A stretch of 64,000 nucleotides of DNA from Octopus sinensis (taxonomy: Eukaryota). Position numbers and translations under genes: made by a program. The stretch lies in the NCBI RefSeq assembly GCF_006345805.1, contig NC_043013.1, forward strand, positions 7,564,001 through 7,628,000, given 5' to 3'. Positions 28,065 through 41,916 of this stretch are shown piece after piece. The number at the start of each line of letters is the position of its first letter. The stretch's first letter is position 1. The notes under the pieces are model-generated. The model made no database searches, was not told the DNA's origin, and saw only the letters and a program-made list of their open reading frames with translations.

Positions 28065-28075
28065 TAATAATAATA
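25940..28075. repeat. (AAT)n array of about 2.1 kb with 165-180-bp higher-order period
   Basis: Variant block GATGATGATATTGATGAT..GGT..AGT recurs about ten times. Confidence 0.9.
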
Positions 28076-28590
28076 GTATATTCTTATCAGTGGAACATTA
28101 TTCCTGTCCAAGCTGACTAAGAACTTGTATAACACTGTTTTATTGCTCCGAGCTTGTTCTCTGTTGAAATAGATTCTCCGATCTAATTATATCAATGTTC
28201 TCCATCCTTTCTCACACACACACACGTGTGTATGTGTGTGTGTGCTGCACCTATCCCATAACTTCAGCATTCTTGTCTGAGATTATTGCACCACTACCAG
28301 CAATTGTGCTTTTCAAAGTATAAGTATCAAATTCTAGACTGTATTTGCCGCTTCCCTCCATACATATTCAATATTTACCATTTTCTTCAGCTGAGGAAAT
28401 GGGTGGGCGGGGAAGGGGGTAAAAAGATATTCAGGCAAAGTCTTGCTTTATTCCGTTACTTTTCCTTAACTTATTTTCTTGTATTTTTTGTAATACTATA
28501 TACATAACCCCCCCCCCACAAACACACACACACACGCAATATATATATGTGGGTGTGTGTTTGTGTGTATGTGTGTGTGCGTATGTGTTT

Positions 28591-28624
<34 letters not shown>

Positions 28625-29045
28625 AAATATATACATATACACAGGGAGAGAGAGAGAGAGGGAGGGAGGGAGGGAGAGAAACAGACAGACAGACAGATAC
28701 ACATACATATATACACATATACACATATACATGCTTACATGCTTCGTATATGTATATATAAAGGTAGATGAATACATTGATATGAATATAGAGATATATC
28801 ATAAATATAAATTTATAAATATGTGTGTGTGTGCACATGAATATGTGTATGCACGTGTGTGTGTGTGCATGTGTGTGTATGTGTGTGTGTGTTTGTGTGT
28901 GTGTGTATTAATGCCACACAAAAAAAAAATAATAAAGCAATCATGTAAATGAATAGAATAAAATAAAATAAACAAACTGAATGAAATTACGAGAGATAAT
29001 GAAGTATGGCAATTGAATGCCAGAAAAAAATTGGACTTTATTGGT

Positions 29046-29113
29046 ATATATATATATACATATATATATAATATATATAATATATATATATATATATACA
29101 CATATATATATAC

Positions 29114-29144
<31 letters not shown>

Positions 29145-29153
29145 CATATATAC

Positions 29154-29201
<48 letters not shown>

Positions 29202-29236
29202 TACATATATATATATACATATATACATATATATAC

Positions 29237-29282
<46 letters not shown>

Positions 29283-29420
29283 CATATATATATACATATA
29301 TACATATATATATATACATATATTATATATATATACATATATACATATATATATATACATATATATATAAATATATATATATATATTATATATATATATA
29401 TATATTATATATATATATAT

Positions 29421-29470
<50 letters not shown>
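29046..29470. repeat. (TA)n array
   Basis: Direct. Confidence 0.97.
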
Positions 29471-29471
<1 letters not shown>

Positions 29472-30038
29472 CATATATTCACTTATATTCACTTATATAT
29501 TCATATATGAAATAAAAAGTAATATGTTCTCTGAATGTTAAAAATTGAACTTTAAAAAGATTTCTCTTTGCTCAAATCTTTAAACAGAATACTGAAACGG
29601 TAATATAAAAGATATTTTCAATATAATATTTAATGTTTGGATGAATTTATTTATGTTTCTTTTAGATTGGGTGTATCTTGTGATATTTTCTTCAAATTCT
29701 TTTATGTAATAATTAAAAAAAAGTCATGAATGAGAGGAAGAAGGCTTATTGATTTTTCATAGGTATCTTTGAATGTTCCACTTTTTCCTCTTTTTTTTTT
29801 TTTATAGAAATCATTTCCAAATATTTCCTGCCATTTTATATATAAAATGTTAACCCTTAGAAAATCGAAACATCCAAAAATTTGATCCACGAGAAAATTA
29901 CAGAGAAATAGTTTATGTATATGTGTGTAAATATGTATATGTATATATAAATATATACATACATACACACACACACATGCATGCATGCATGCACACACAC
30001 ACATACACACACACCCATGCATACACACACATACACAC

Positions 30039-30487
30039 GTTCCTTCATTGGACACTAAATCTGCTTGCGAAGACCTGTTGAGGCAAGTGAAATCGAAATC
30101 AAATTTGATGACTGGCATCCGTGCTAGTGGGGCACAAAGAGCACCATCCGAGCGTGATCGTTGCCAGCGTCACCTTACTGGCACATCAAAAAACATTCAA
30201 GCAAGGTCATTGCCAGTGCCGCTGGACTGGCTCCTGTGCAGGTGGCACATAAAAAACACCATTTGAATGTGGCCGATGCCAGTACTGCCTGACTGGGCCT
30301 CATGCCGGTGGCACGTAAAAGCACCTACTACACTTTCGGAGTGGTTGGCGTTTGTAAGGGCATCCAGCTGTAGAAACTCTGCCAGATCAGACTGGAGCCT
30401 GGTGCAGCCATCTGGTTCGTCAGTCCTCAGTCAAATCATCCAACCCATGCTAGCATGGAAAGCGGACATTAAACGATGATGATGATA
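30039..30487 (+). mobile_element. Family C, longer copy
   Basis: GAAGACCTGTTGAGGCAAGTGAAATC through GTGGCAC repeats to (GAT)n tail. Confidence 0.85.
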
Positions 30488-30529
30488 TATATGTATGTAT
30501 GTATATATATGTATGCATGTATTTGTTAT

Positions 30530-30739
30530 TTGTGTTTGTATTTGTCTACCTCCCCCATCATTGCTTGACAACCGGTGTTGCTGTGTTTATGTCCCCATCA
30601 CTTAATGGTTCAACAAAAAGAGACTGATAGAATAAGTACCAGGCTTACAAAGTATATGTCCTAAGGTCGATTTGTTCAACAGAAGGTGATGCTCCAGCAT
30701 GACTGCAGTCAAATGGCTGAAACAAGTAAAAGAATAAAA

Positions 30740-30784
<45 letters not shown>

Positions 30785-31172
30785 CTGTGTGGTAAGTAGC
30801 TTGCTTACCGACCACATGGTTCATAGTTCAGTCCCACTACGTGGCACCTTGGGCAAGTGTCTTCTAGTATAGCCTCGGGCCGACCAAAGCCTTGTGAGTG
30901 GATTTGGTAGACGGAAACTGAAAGAAGCCTGTCGTATATATGTATGTGTGTGTATGTGTTTGTGTGTCTGTGTTTGTCCTCCCAACATCGCTTGACAACC
31001 GATGCTGGTATGTTTACGTCCCCGTAACTTAGCGGTTCGGCAAAAGAGACTGATAGATTAAGTACTAGGCTTACAAAGAATAAGTCCTGGGGTCGATTTG
31101 CTCGACTAAAGGTGGTGCTCCAGCATGGCCACAGTCAAATGACTGAAATAAGTAAAAGAGTAAAAAAAGTAA
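30530..31172 (+). mobile_element. Two adjacent SINE family A copies (30530-30742 3' half; 30783-31172)
   Basis: Match to consensus. Confidence 0.85.
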
Positions 31173-31201
31173 AAGATATATATATATAGAGAGAGAGAGA
31201 G

Positions 31202-31246
<45 letters not shown>

Positions 31247-31254
31247 AGAGAGTG

Positions 31255-32365
31255 AGAGTGATGGGCAGATTGTACGATGCCTGTGTATAAACAACCATGC
31301 TACATGACAGTGAAATGTAAGCCATGACTGCAGAGGACATGCAAAGTCTTGAAAGAAATGAATCTAGTGTGCTCCACTGGATGTGCAATGTCAGTGTGCA
31401 TGTACAACAGAGTATAAACGTCATGAGAGAAAAACTGGCTATAAGTTGCATCAGATGTGGTGTACAGGGGAGACAACTGTGCTGGGATGGTCATGTGATG
31501 CATATGGACGAGGACAGCTGTGTAAAGAAATGCCAATCTCTAACTGTGGAGGGAACCTGTGGAAGAGGTGGACATGGGATGAGGTGGTGAAGCATCATCT
31601 TCAAGTGTCAGGAGTCTCACAGAGTCAATGAAAAGCGATTGTAACCTTTTGCGATTTGCTGTGCTTGAGAAAACTCATCATGTCAAATGAAATCATAGCT
31701 GTGGCACATAACAGCATCTGGCACCTTTGCAGTTTGAACGACAGTTTTTTCTAGCGGTGTCATATGAAATTGTCACCCATAATTATGACCCTAGAATCGA
31801 TCTATTGCATTTCAATCTCTTTTATGGTTAGGGTTAGGGGTGGGGGGAAGGTATCTTTTTTTCTTCACAAATGTAAATAAACCCGATCTGTTTCTTAAAC
31901 AAGGGACATATTCATACGGCACAGAATGTTTTCACCTCAATAGACGTATTTGATTGATTGAAATTGCAGAAATTGAAGAAAAAAATAACAAATATCTTAC
32001 AAACTATAGAATTTTCTCAATAAAGCCAAGAGAAAAAGATGTTTTATAAACACATTCTACCAGTATACGAAGTTTAATTATGTTAAAAACTGCCGTTCAA
32101 ACCGAAAAGATCCCAGCATCTGTGCCAGTGATATGTAAAAGGACCCCTTTGCTGGTGACACGTAAAAGGCACATGTAAAATGGAATGATTGGCATTAGGA
32201 AGGGAATCAAGCTGTAGAAACCAAACCAAAGTCTGACCGGAACCTGGTGCAGCTTTCCAGCTTACCAGTTCCAATCAAACAGTCCAATCCATGTGAGCAG
32301 GGAAAGGTGGATATTGAATGATGATGATGATGATGACAACGATGACGACGATGATGATGATGATA
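31255..32365 (+). mobile_element. 5'-truncated RTE-clade LINE: RT C-terminus running into the family C 3' end
   Basis: RVMGRLYDACV*..ERNESSVLHWMCNV..LCWDGHVMHM..VKKC..VEGTCGRG, then family C motifs and (GAT)n; interrupted by a MITE. Confidence 0.8.
31721..32113. mobile_element. MITE with 9-bp TSD (Mutator/MULE-like)
   Basis: TSD CAGCATCTG at 31712-31720 and 32114-32122; 29-bp TIRs with 5 mismatches, starting with G. Confidence 0.8.
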
Positions 32366-32569
32366 TATATAAATATATATAAATATAAAAGGGAATTTTT
32401 GTTTTTAACCACTATGTGGAAACCCTTATGCTAGAAGAAGATCCGCTATGGTCTTAACCACTAAGAATTGTTCTCCAGAAAAATTTAGCAAACACCAGAA
32501 ACGTAAGCGAGCAAGACAAATGAAAAGTAACAAAAATATAGATTAATCATAAACAATTGTATATATATA

Positions 32570-32648
<79 letters not shown>

Positions 32649-32755
32649 ACATTTACATAAATACATAAATACATGCTCACACACCTACACATAGACACAT
32701 GCATACACACACATGTGCACACACACACAAACACACACACACACACTCACTCATG

Positions 32756-32788
<33 letters not shown>

Positions 32789-33019
32789 TGGAGGAATACA
32801 GTGATGTTGATTACGGCTACCAACAATATGGCTAGAGGCTGAGAGGAGAAAATACCTAAGGGAAATGTTCTGAATGCTAAATACAAATAGAATAGGGTCT
32901 CACATTTATATATATAATAGAGTGAGTTGAAAACCTTAAATCAACTGAGAATATCCAAGTAATTAGTAGATGTAATTTGTAATTAATATGCAGCATGTAT
33001 CTCTGAAGTAATTTCTTTT

Positions 33020-33522
33020 TGAAAAGGGGAAATGAAAGAGAGGGGGAGGAGAAACGTTAGGGTGGTGGGTGGAGGGCAATAACAAAAGTGAAGGTATTAG
33101 GATGAGGAGAAGAGTGAGATAGTTAGTAAAGAAAGAAAGAGTAAGGATGAAAGAGAGAGAGGTTAAAAGTGAAAGTAAGTGAAAAATGAGAGAGTAGAAA
33201 GGGAAGGGAGAGGGAGAGGGATTGAATGAGAGAGAGAGGAAGAGAAAGACAGGAAGATATTGAAAGTGAGAAGCAGAGAGAGAAATGAAAAATAGGAGAG
33301 AGAGGAGGAGGGAGTGTGAGAGGTTAAGTGAGAGGGAGGGACAGAAAGACAGGAAATGAGAAGCAAAGGGAGAAGTAAAATTGGAAGAGAGAGAGAGAGA
33401 GGGGGAATGACAAGGAAAGGAAAGTGAGTGAAAGAAATGAGTTATAGGAGGAGGAGAGACTGAAAGAGAGGAGCAAAAAGACAAAGATAGTAAAGATAAG
33501 AGACAGAGAGAAATGAAGACGG

Positions 33523-33586
<64 letters not shown>

Positions 33587-33615
33587 CAGACAGATAGATA
33601 GATAGACAGACAGAC

Positions 33616-33672
<57 letters not shown>

Positions 33673-33675
33673 TAT

Positions 33676-33734
<59 letters not shown>

Positions 33735-33737
33735 TAT

Positions 33738-33780
<43 letters not shown>

Positions 33781-33787
33781 TATATAT

Positions 33788-33826
<39 letters not shown>

Positions 33827-33835
33827 TATATATAT

Positions 33836-33886
<51 letters not shown>

Positions 33887-34018
33887 TGTTTCTTTATTAG
33901 CCACACAGGGCTGCACACAGACGGGACAGATTACAAAGTAGAGCTTTTCTTTTTGGGGGAGAGAAGAAAAAAGATAGATAGATAGATGCATAAATACATA
34001 CATACATATACACACACA

Positions 34019-34052
<34 letters not shown>

Positions 34053-34500
34053 CATAAAGAGAGTAAAACTGAAAGTTAATGAAACATAAGGAAGAGAGAA
34101 AGAGTGTGGGGAGGAGGAAGTGAGAGAGACTAAATGGGAGAGGGGAAGAGAAAGACTGAAAGAAGCTAAAATGAGAAACAGATAGATATATGAAATTGGA
34201 AGAAAGAGAGAGAGTGAGAGAGAGAAAGTAAGAGAGAAAGGGAAAAGAAGAGAGGGTAAAAAGAAAAGAGAAAGCAAAGTGCGAGAAAGAAATAAGATAC
34301 AGAAGGTGGGGAGAGAGAAAGAGAGAGAGGAACAGAAAGACAGGAAGACAGTAAAAATGAGAGACAGAGAGAGAAATGAGATTGGAAGAGAAGGAGGGAG
34401 AGGGAAAAAGAAAAGGAGAGTAAGAGTGGAAGAGGGACAGAGAGAGAGACAAAATAATGGAGAACGAAGGAAAGAGATGAAATGAAAAAAAGGAAGGAAA
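33020..34500. repeat. Polypurine GA-rich tract with central (GATA)n array (33525-33885)
   Basis: Direct. Confidence 0.9.
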
Positions 34501-34599
34501 ATGAATTTAAAAAATGCGGAAACAAATGTGAATATTGTTTCCTTTCTTTTTTATTTGATGTTATACTATTGCTTTGTTATAAGAGTTATGACAATCTAG

Positions 34600-34733
34600 T
34601 CCCCATCATCATCATCATTGCCATCACCACCACCACCACTAACAACAACAACACCACCACCAGCACCATCATCATCACCACCACCAATGCCAACACCAAC
34701 ACCAGCACCACCACTAACACCATCATCATCATT

Positions 34734-34791
<58 letters not shown>

Positions 34792-34963
34792 CTACCACCA
34801 CCACCACCACCACCACCACCAATGCCAACACCAACACTAGTACCATATTGGCAATACCACCACCAGTCATTGTCATCGTTGTCATCACCACCATTACCAC
34901 CACCACCACCACCACCACCACTACCGCAACCATATCACTGCCACCACCACCATCACCATCATC

Positions 34964-34995
<32 letters not shown>

Positions 34996-35705
34996 CATCT
35001 TCATCACCACAACTATCACAACCACCACCACTATCATAACCACCACTAACACCATCACCACCATCACCACCAGCACCCCCCCTCCCCCCAGTATCACAAC
35101 CACCACCACCATCAACAACAACAACAACAACAACTGCAACAACCATAACAAAATCAATGAGCCCAAGTCAACGAGGTGACCTTTATATATTCACTTAATT
35201 TGCTAGAAATAGAAGCCATTTCTCCCTCAAATCAAACCTGCTGTCATAAATAAGAAAAGAACACATTAGATTAATGTAATCCTGCATATTCATAGAAGAC
35301 TGGATGGTCACAACTGGAATGCACTGGGTTGTAGGTGTGCTTAACCAAGGAGGTCTTGGGGTTAAATAAGAGCACCACCATCACCTATGTTACCATCATC
35401 ACCATGGCAACTAGCACTCCCTCATTACCAACTTCAGTATCCTTGCCCTCATCACCATAATTATAATCATTACCATCACTATCATCGCCACCAACACGCC
35501 ACCACCACCATCACAACCACCACCACTATCACCACCACCATCACCAACACCGCCACCACCATCACCACCACCACCACCACTATCACCACCACCACCACCA
35601 CCACCACCATCACCACCACCACCACTATCACCACCACCATCACCACCACCACCATCACCACCACCACCACTTTTACCACCACCATCACCACCACCACCAT
35701 CACCA
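34600..35705. repeat. (CAC)n/(CAT)n arrays (34600-35150, 35440-35705)
   Basis: Direct. Confidence 0.93.
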
Positions 35706-35875
35706 AAATTGTTATGCCCAAATACAATTCGATTCAAATATATACAGTGTAGAGATATACATACCTAATAACTGATCAAATGGTTCAATATCTAGAAGAA
35801 AAATTAGGCAAAATCAAAAATATAGTTCTAGACCAGATTACTTACGTTTAATAGATAGAAACTAGTACATCACCT

Positions 35876-36302
35876 TTTTATTTTACTTGTTTCAGTCATT
35901 TGACTGCTGCCATGCTGGAGCACTGCCTTCAGTTGAGCAAATTGACCCCAAGACTTATTCTTTGTAAGCCAAGTACTTATTCTATTGGTCCCTTTTGCCA
36001 AACCGCTAAGTTACGGGGACGTAAGCTCACCAGCATCGGTTGTCAAGCGATGTTGGGGGAACAAATACAGACACACAAACATATACACTTATACACACAC
36101 ACACACATATATATATATATACATATACATACATATATATGACGGGCTTCTTTCAGTTTCCGTCCACCAAATCAACTCACAAGGCTTTGGTTGCCCCGAG
36201 GCTATAGTAGAAGACACCTGCCTAAGGTGCCATGCAGTGGGACTGAACCCGGAACCATGTGGTTGGTAAGCAAACTACTTACCACACAGCCACTCCTATA
36301 CC
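35876..36302 (-). mobile_element. SINE family A
   Basis: Reverse complement of consensus; head end locally duplicated at 36307-36340. Confidence 0.9.
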
Positions 36303-37129
36303 TATAGCTACTTACCACACAGCCACTTCTACACCTATACCTCCTACACCTATGCAAAAATATGTTCCAGATTTTGCCATCGACTATATTTGTCAATAGA
36401 GTGGGTAGATTAATCAAATTGTACAGGAGTTTTTCGAGGTAGATTTTCTAAAGTCAGATACCTTTCTTGCAACCAAAGTAAATATTTCCCCCCCAAGGCC
36501 TGAAGACTGGAAATGAACAATATCACTTTGTATGACTGTTTACAACCATCACACAATGTCAAGATAAGGAGTCACAAAAACATGCACATACACACACACG
36601 CACATGTGTATACACACACACACACACACACATATGCATAGACACAGACACACACACAAGTGCACATATATATATGCATATACACACATACTTGCACACA
36701 CACACATACATATGTGCATATACACACATACATGCATGCATGCACACACACACACACACACACACACATAAGCGTGTGTGTATATATAGAAAGGGCATCC
36801 AGCTGTAGAAACCATGCAAAATCAGACTGGAGCCTGGTGTAGCTCTCAAGCTTACCAGTCAAACTGTCTAACCCATGCCAACATATAAAAGCAGACGTTA
36901 AATGATGATGAAGACGGTGATGATGATGATGATGATGATGATGATAATGATGATGATGATGATGATGATGACGATGATGATGACGACGACGACGACGATA
37001 ATGATGATGATGACGATGATGACGATGATGACGACGACAACGACGACGATGGCGATGATGATGATGACGATGATGATGATGACGATGTTGATGATGATGA
37101 CGATGACGATGATGATGATGATGATGATG

Positions 37130-39394
37130 ATGATGATATACACACAAATCAAAAATAAAAACAAAAGTAGGAAAAACAAAAAAGGGTCAAAAGGACATGT
37201 ACACTGAGCCTATTAGGTTGACTCTCAGAGAAAGTTTAAGACAGAAAATAAGACAGGATATGACATGTTGAGCATGGCTCTTCATCAGAAAGAGAAGAAA
37301 GTTCCAAGGGGAGGAAAAGAATAGTTTGAGAAAAGCATGTGTTGTATATACAACGAGTTTCTTTCAGTTTCCATATACCAAATCCACTCACAAAGCTATG
37401 ATCAACCCAAGGCTATAGTAGAAAACATTTGGCGAAGGTGGCATACAGTGGGCCTGAACCCAAAACTACATGGTTTGGAGGCAATCATCTTAACCATACT
37501 TGCACGTATTGTATGAAAATAACCAAAGATCTGTTCATCAGTTTTTTTTCTTTATTTTTATTTACAGCCAATATCTTTAGAATGGAATCATGTGGTAGAC
37601 CAAGACACTTATATGAAAGCCACTTTTTTTTTCTCACAGAGGAGACCTATTGAGTCAAGTACATCAACATTAAAATAAAAATCAAATGGAAATTGTAGTT
37701 GTGATACCCGTGCTGGTGGCAAGTAAAAAGCACCATCCGATTGTGGCCAATGCCAGCGCTGCCTTGACTGGCGTTCATGCTGGTGACACGTAAAAAGCAC
37801 CAACCGATCGTGGCCATTTGCCAGCCTCCTCTGGCCCCTGTGCCGGTGGCACATAAAAAGCACCCACTACACTTTCAGAGTGGTTGGTGTTAGGAAGGGC
37901 ATCCAGCTGTAGAAACACTGCCAGATCAGACTGGAGCCTGGTGCAGCCTCCTGGCTTCCCAGATCCCAGTCAAACCTATTCTTTATTACCCACAAGGGGC
38001 TAAACACAGAGGGGACAAACAAGGACAGACATAGGTATTAAGTCGATTACATCGACCCCAGTGCGTAACTGGTACTTAATTTATCGACCCCGAAAGGATG
38101 AAAGGCAAAGTCGACCCTGGCGGAATTCGAACTCACAACGTAACGCAGACGAAATACCGCTAAGCATTTCGCCCGGTGTGCTAACGTTTCTGCCAGCTCG
38201 CCAGTCAAACCGTCCAACCCATGCTAGCATGGAAAACAGACGTTAAACGATGATGATGAGATGATGATGATGATGATGATATACACACAAATCAAAAATA
38301 AAAACAAAAGTAGGAAAAACAAAAAAAAAAAGGGTCAAAAGGACATGTACACTGAGCCTATTAGGTTGACTCTCAGAGAAAGTTTAAGACAGAAAATAAG
38401 ACAGGATATGACATGTTGAGCATGGCTCTTCATCAGAAAGAGAAGAAAGTTCCAAGGGGAGGAAAAGAATAGTTTGAGAAAAGCATGTGTTGTATATACA
38501 ACGAGTTTCTTTCAGTTTCCATATACCAATCCACTCACAAAGCTATGATCAACCCAAGGCTATAGTAGAAAACATTTGGCGAAGGTGGCATACAGTGGGC
38601 CTGAACCAAAACTACATGGTTTGGAGGCAATCATCTTAACCATACTTGCACGTATTGTATGAAAATAACCAAAGATCTGTTCATCAGTTTTTTTTCTTTA
38701 TTTTTATTTACAGCCAATATCTTTAGAATGGAATCATGTGGTAGACCAAGACACTTATATGAAAGCCACTTTTTTTTTCTCACAGAGGAGACCTATTGAG
38801 TCAAGTACATCAACATTAAAATAAAAATCAAATGGAAATTGTAGTTGTGATACCCGTGCTGGTGGCAAGTAAAAAGCACCATCCGATTGTGGCCAATGCC
38901 AGCGCTGCCTTGACTGGCGTTCATGCTGGTGACACGTAAAAAGCACCAACCGATCGTGGCCATTTGCCAGCCTCCTCTGGCCCCTGTGCCGGTGGCACAT
39001 AAAAAGCACCCACTACACTTTCAGAGTGGTTGGTGTTAGGAAGGGCATCCAGCTGTAGAAACACTGCCAGATCAGACTGGAGCCTGGTGCAGCCTCCTGG
39101 CTTCCCAGATCCCAGTCAAACCTATTTCTTTATTACCCACAAGGGGCTAAACACAGAGGGGACAAACAAGGACAGACATAGGTATTAAGTCGATTACATC
39201 GACCCCAGTGCGTAACTGGTACTTAATTTATCGACCCCGAAAGGATGAAAGGCAAAGTCGACCCTGGCGGAATTCGAACTCACAACGTAACGCAGACGAA
39301 ATACCGCTAAGCATTTCGCCCGGTGTGCTAACGTTTCTGCCAGCTCGCCAGTCAAACCGTCCAACCCATGCTAGCATGGAAAACAGACGTTAAC

Positions 39395-39425
<31 letters not shown>
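37130..39425 (+). repeat. Near-identical tandem duplication, unit about 1146 bp, bounded by (GAT)n
   Basis: Identical ORF pairs (37609/38755 and 38061/39208); differences seen are homopolymer indels. Confidence 0.93.
37977..38202 (-). mobile_element. SINE family B nested in a family C copy (duplicate at 39123-39349)
   Basis: TSD AGTCAAACC at 37968-37976 and 38203-38211 splits the family C tail. Confidence 0.9.
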
Positions 39426-39905
39426 TGTGTCTCCTAGTGAAAAAGCCTTAAAACAACCACACAGATTCAGCTGTGAGAAAGAATTTCTTTTTTTTTTTTG
39501 CAGATTCTTTGACAGCTTAGATTTCTATACCCTGGTGAGACTTTTAAGTAAGACCCAAGCTTTACTGATACATAGCTTGACATCTTATTCAGTAGATGCT
39601 GTATTACTTCTGAGATATGTGAAAAGGTATGGGCTAAAATCAATACATTTTCTGTTTCCATAGTGAGAGGATATGCTAGGAAAAAGCTATCTTTTTTTTA
39701 ATTATATAATTGTAAATGCTGTGAGAATGCTTCTTATTCATTCACTGTAGACTTGCTTTAGGGAAGGGATTAACATCCGTTGGGAAACTAATCTCACACA
39801 ACAGTCCGTCACTTTTTCCTTTAATCCAAATGACAAGATTAAGACTTATTTTGCATCATCCTCATCGTCATCATCCTCATCGTCATCATCATCATCGTCA
39901 TCATC

Positions 39906-39938
<33 letters not shown>

Positions 39939-39969
39939 GTCGTCGTCAATCATCATCATCATCATCACC

Positions 39970-40002
<33 letters not shown>

Positions 40003-40356
40003 GTCGTCGTCATCATCATTTCATCATCGTTGTTGTCATCATCATCATCATCATCATCAACATCACTGTTACCATCACTGCCGTCCTTGTTGTCATCATC
40101 CTCAACATCATCATCATCATCATAACTTCTACTTTTCCATGCTTCTTAGATGAGTGTAAGTTGGGGCAGAGTTTCAAAGGTTGGATGCCTTTCCTGGTGC
40201 CAACCCCAACCTGTTTTCAAGCAAGATAATAATCTCTCAGTCTAAGTCTATTGAACAACATAAACCCTAGACGTAGTCATGCAGAAAATTAGAAAACAAA
40301 CAACACCAGCATAATGAGCTTTTTGTTTACAAAGATCATGCAACGTATCAGGAATT

Positions 40357-40496
40357 CAGTTCTATATTTAAGAGATGAGGAATTATGTACATTATTTACA
40401 TTATTTACATTCGATGGATATTTGTCCTCATCAGCTGATATACCCTCCAGCCATTATCAGGATGAGGACAAATATCCGTCAAATGTAAATAATGTA
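40357..40496 (-). mobile_element. 140-bp fold-back insertion with decayed hammerhead core
   Basis: TSD TATCAGGAATT at 40346-40356 and 40497-40507; arms 40397-40432 and 40461-40496; loop on the minus strand reads CUGAUAA-U-GGCUG..CAGCU-GA. Confidence 0.7.
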
Positions 40497-40674
40497 TATC
40501 AGGAATTGTCAAGCAACCAGGACATGTTTTCATATTGGACTGCAAGCAAAGAACACTATCTGTATGAACAGTGAGATTTTTATTTACACTCAGCAAATGC
40601 TCATAAAGGTGAGTAAGCAAAAACCTCAAATCATGCTGATTTATAAGGACTGGTTTCCCGGTTTTATGGTGTAT

Positions 40675-40865
40675 AAGGTGAGAATTTACAAAAAAACAAA
40701 AGATGAAGACAGATGGTGTAGACAACAAACAGATGTATTAATATAACGCTCGGGAAGTGAAAAAGTCTTTAACGTTTCGAGCCTACACTCTTCTACAGAA
40801 AGAAACAAAGAGAGAAAATAAAGAATGTGTAGTGACTAGCGATCTCTCATGGCGAAGGCCAGACA
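40675..40865 (-). mobile_element. Family E short element with hammerhead-like motif (40767-40802)
   Basis: Matches 52926-53100 and 61895-62080; CUUU-CUGUAGA-A-GAGU(GUAG)GCUC-GAAACGUU-AAAG. Confidence 0.75.
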
Positions 40866-41149
40866 GAAGGATCATACAGGAGAGCTAGGAAGAAGGGGAG
40901 ATAATAAAGTGGTGGTGATCCCAAAGTGAAGGTGCCCGTGTGTGTGTATAAGAGAGTTTGTATGTGCATATGGAAGAGGGCTGGTGATCTTGATGTATGC
41001 GTGTGTGAATGTGTAGGTGCGAAAATGTGGGTCTGGGAAGTGGTCAGTGCTGATGTGTGTGTGGTGGTGTGTTGTGATGTGATGTGTTGTGATGTGATGT
41101 GTTGTGTGGTATGGTGGTGTAAGGTGTTGTGGTGTGTGTGGTGTGGGAT

Positions 41150-41305
41150 GCTGATCCATCACAAGATTACTCATTTTTGTTAGCTGAGTGGACTGGAGCA
41201 ACTTAAAATGAAGAATTTTGCTCAAGAACACGATGCATCATCCAGTCCAGGAATTGAAACTACAATCATACAATCATGAGCCCAACACCCTAACCACTAA
41301 GCCAC
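41150..41305 (-). mobile_element. Diverged tRNA-headed SINE fragment
   Basis: Reverse complement of GTGGCTTAGTGGTTAGGGTG head and CTTGAGCAAAA core. Confidence 0.6.
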
Positions 41306-41916
41306 TCAATTCCACTTATAAACACAGCTATGCAAACAGATGCCTCCTCCCCTCTCGAAAGTTTTTGTCTTGGCATTCGGAAGGGCATAAAAATCTTGTC
41401 AAAACTGACTTTACATGTGCTTGTGCCACATAAAAAGCAACAAGACGGCAAGTAATGAAGCAATAAAATTGAATCAGAAAAGCTAAAACAGAAGTCTGCA
41501 AAGTCGGGGATAAAGGGGGAGAGAAAGGGACAATGGAAGAGAGACTAAAGATCAAGTATACGTAACAATGAGAGGAGCTGGAAATAAGAGATCTACCAAC
41601 GTCATGCAACTGGAGGATCAAAGACATGTGATGCTCTGTATTACAAAGCAAGGCGTCAGTGAAAAATCTGTGTTACTGTAGAAAAGTATGTACAGAATAA
41701 CAGCTACACCTTTGTCCTCAATTTTGCTGAAGAAGGAACAAGGAACTGTCACAATTAGCTGTTGTGGAATGAGGAGAATTCATGGGAGAGAGGGAATCTC
41801 TTCCAAGTAGATTCCATAAAGGGACCAGCTAGTAAAGCTAGCACATTCAAACCAAAGTTGTCATACACACATGTATGAATTTATGATTTTAGTTGTGAAT
41901 AATATATACACATATA

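Noticed and set aside
31826-31847. Telomere or interstitial telomeric array
   Set aside because: Only two TTAGGG units, inside a MITE.
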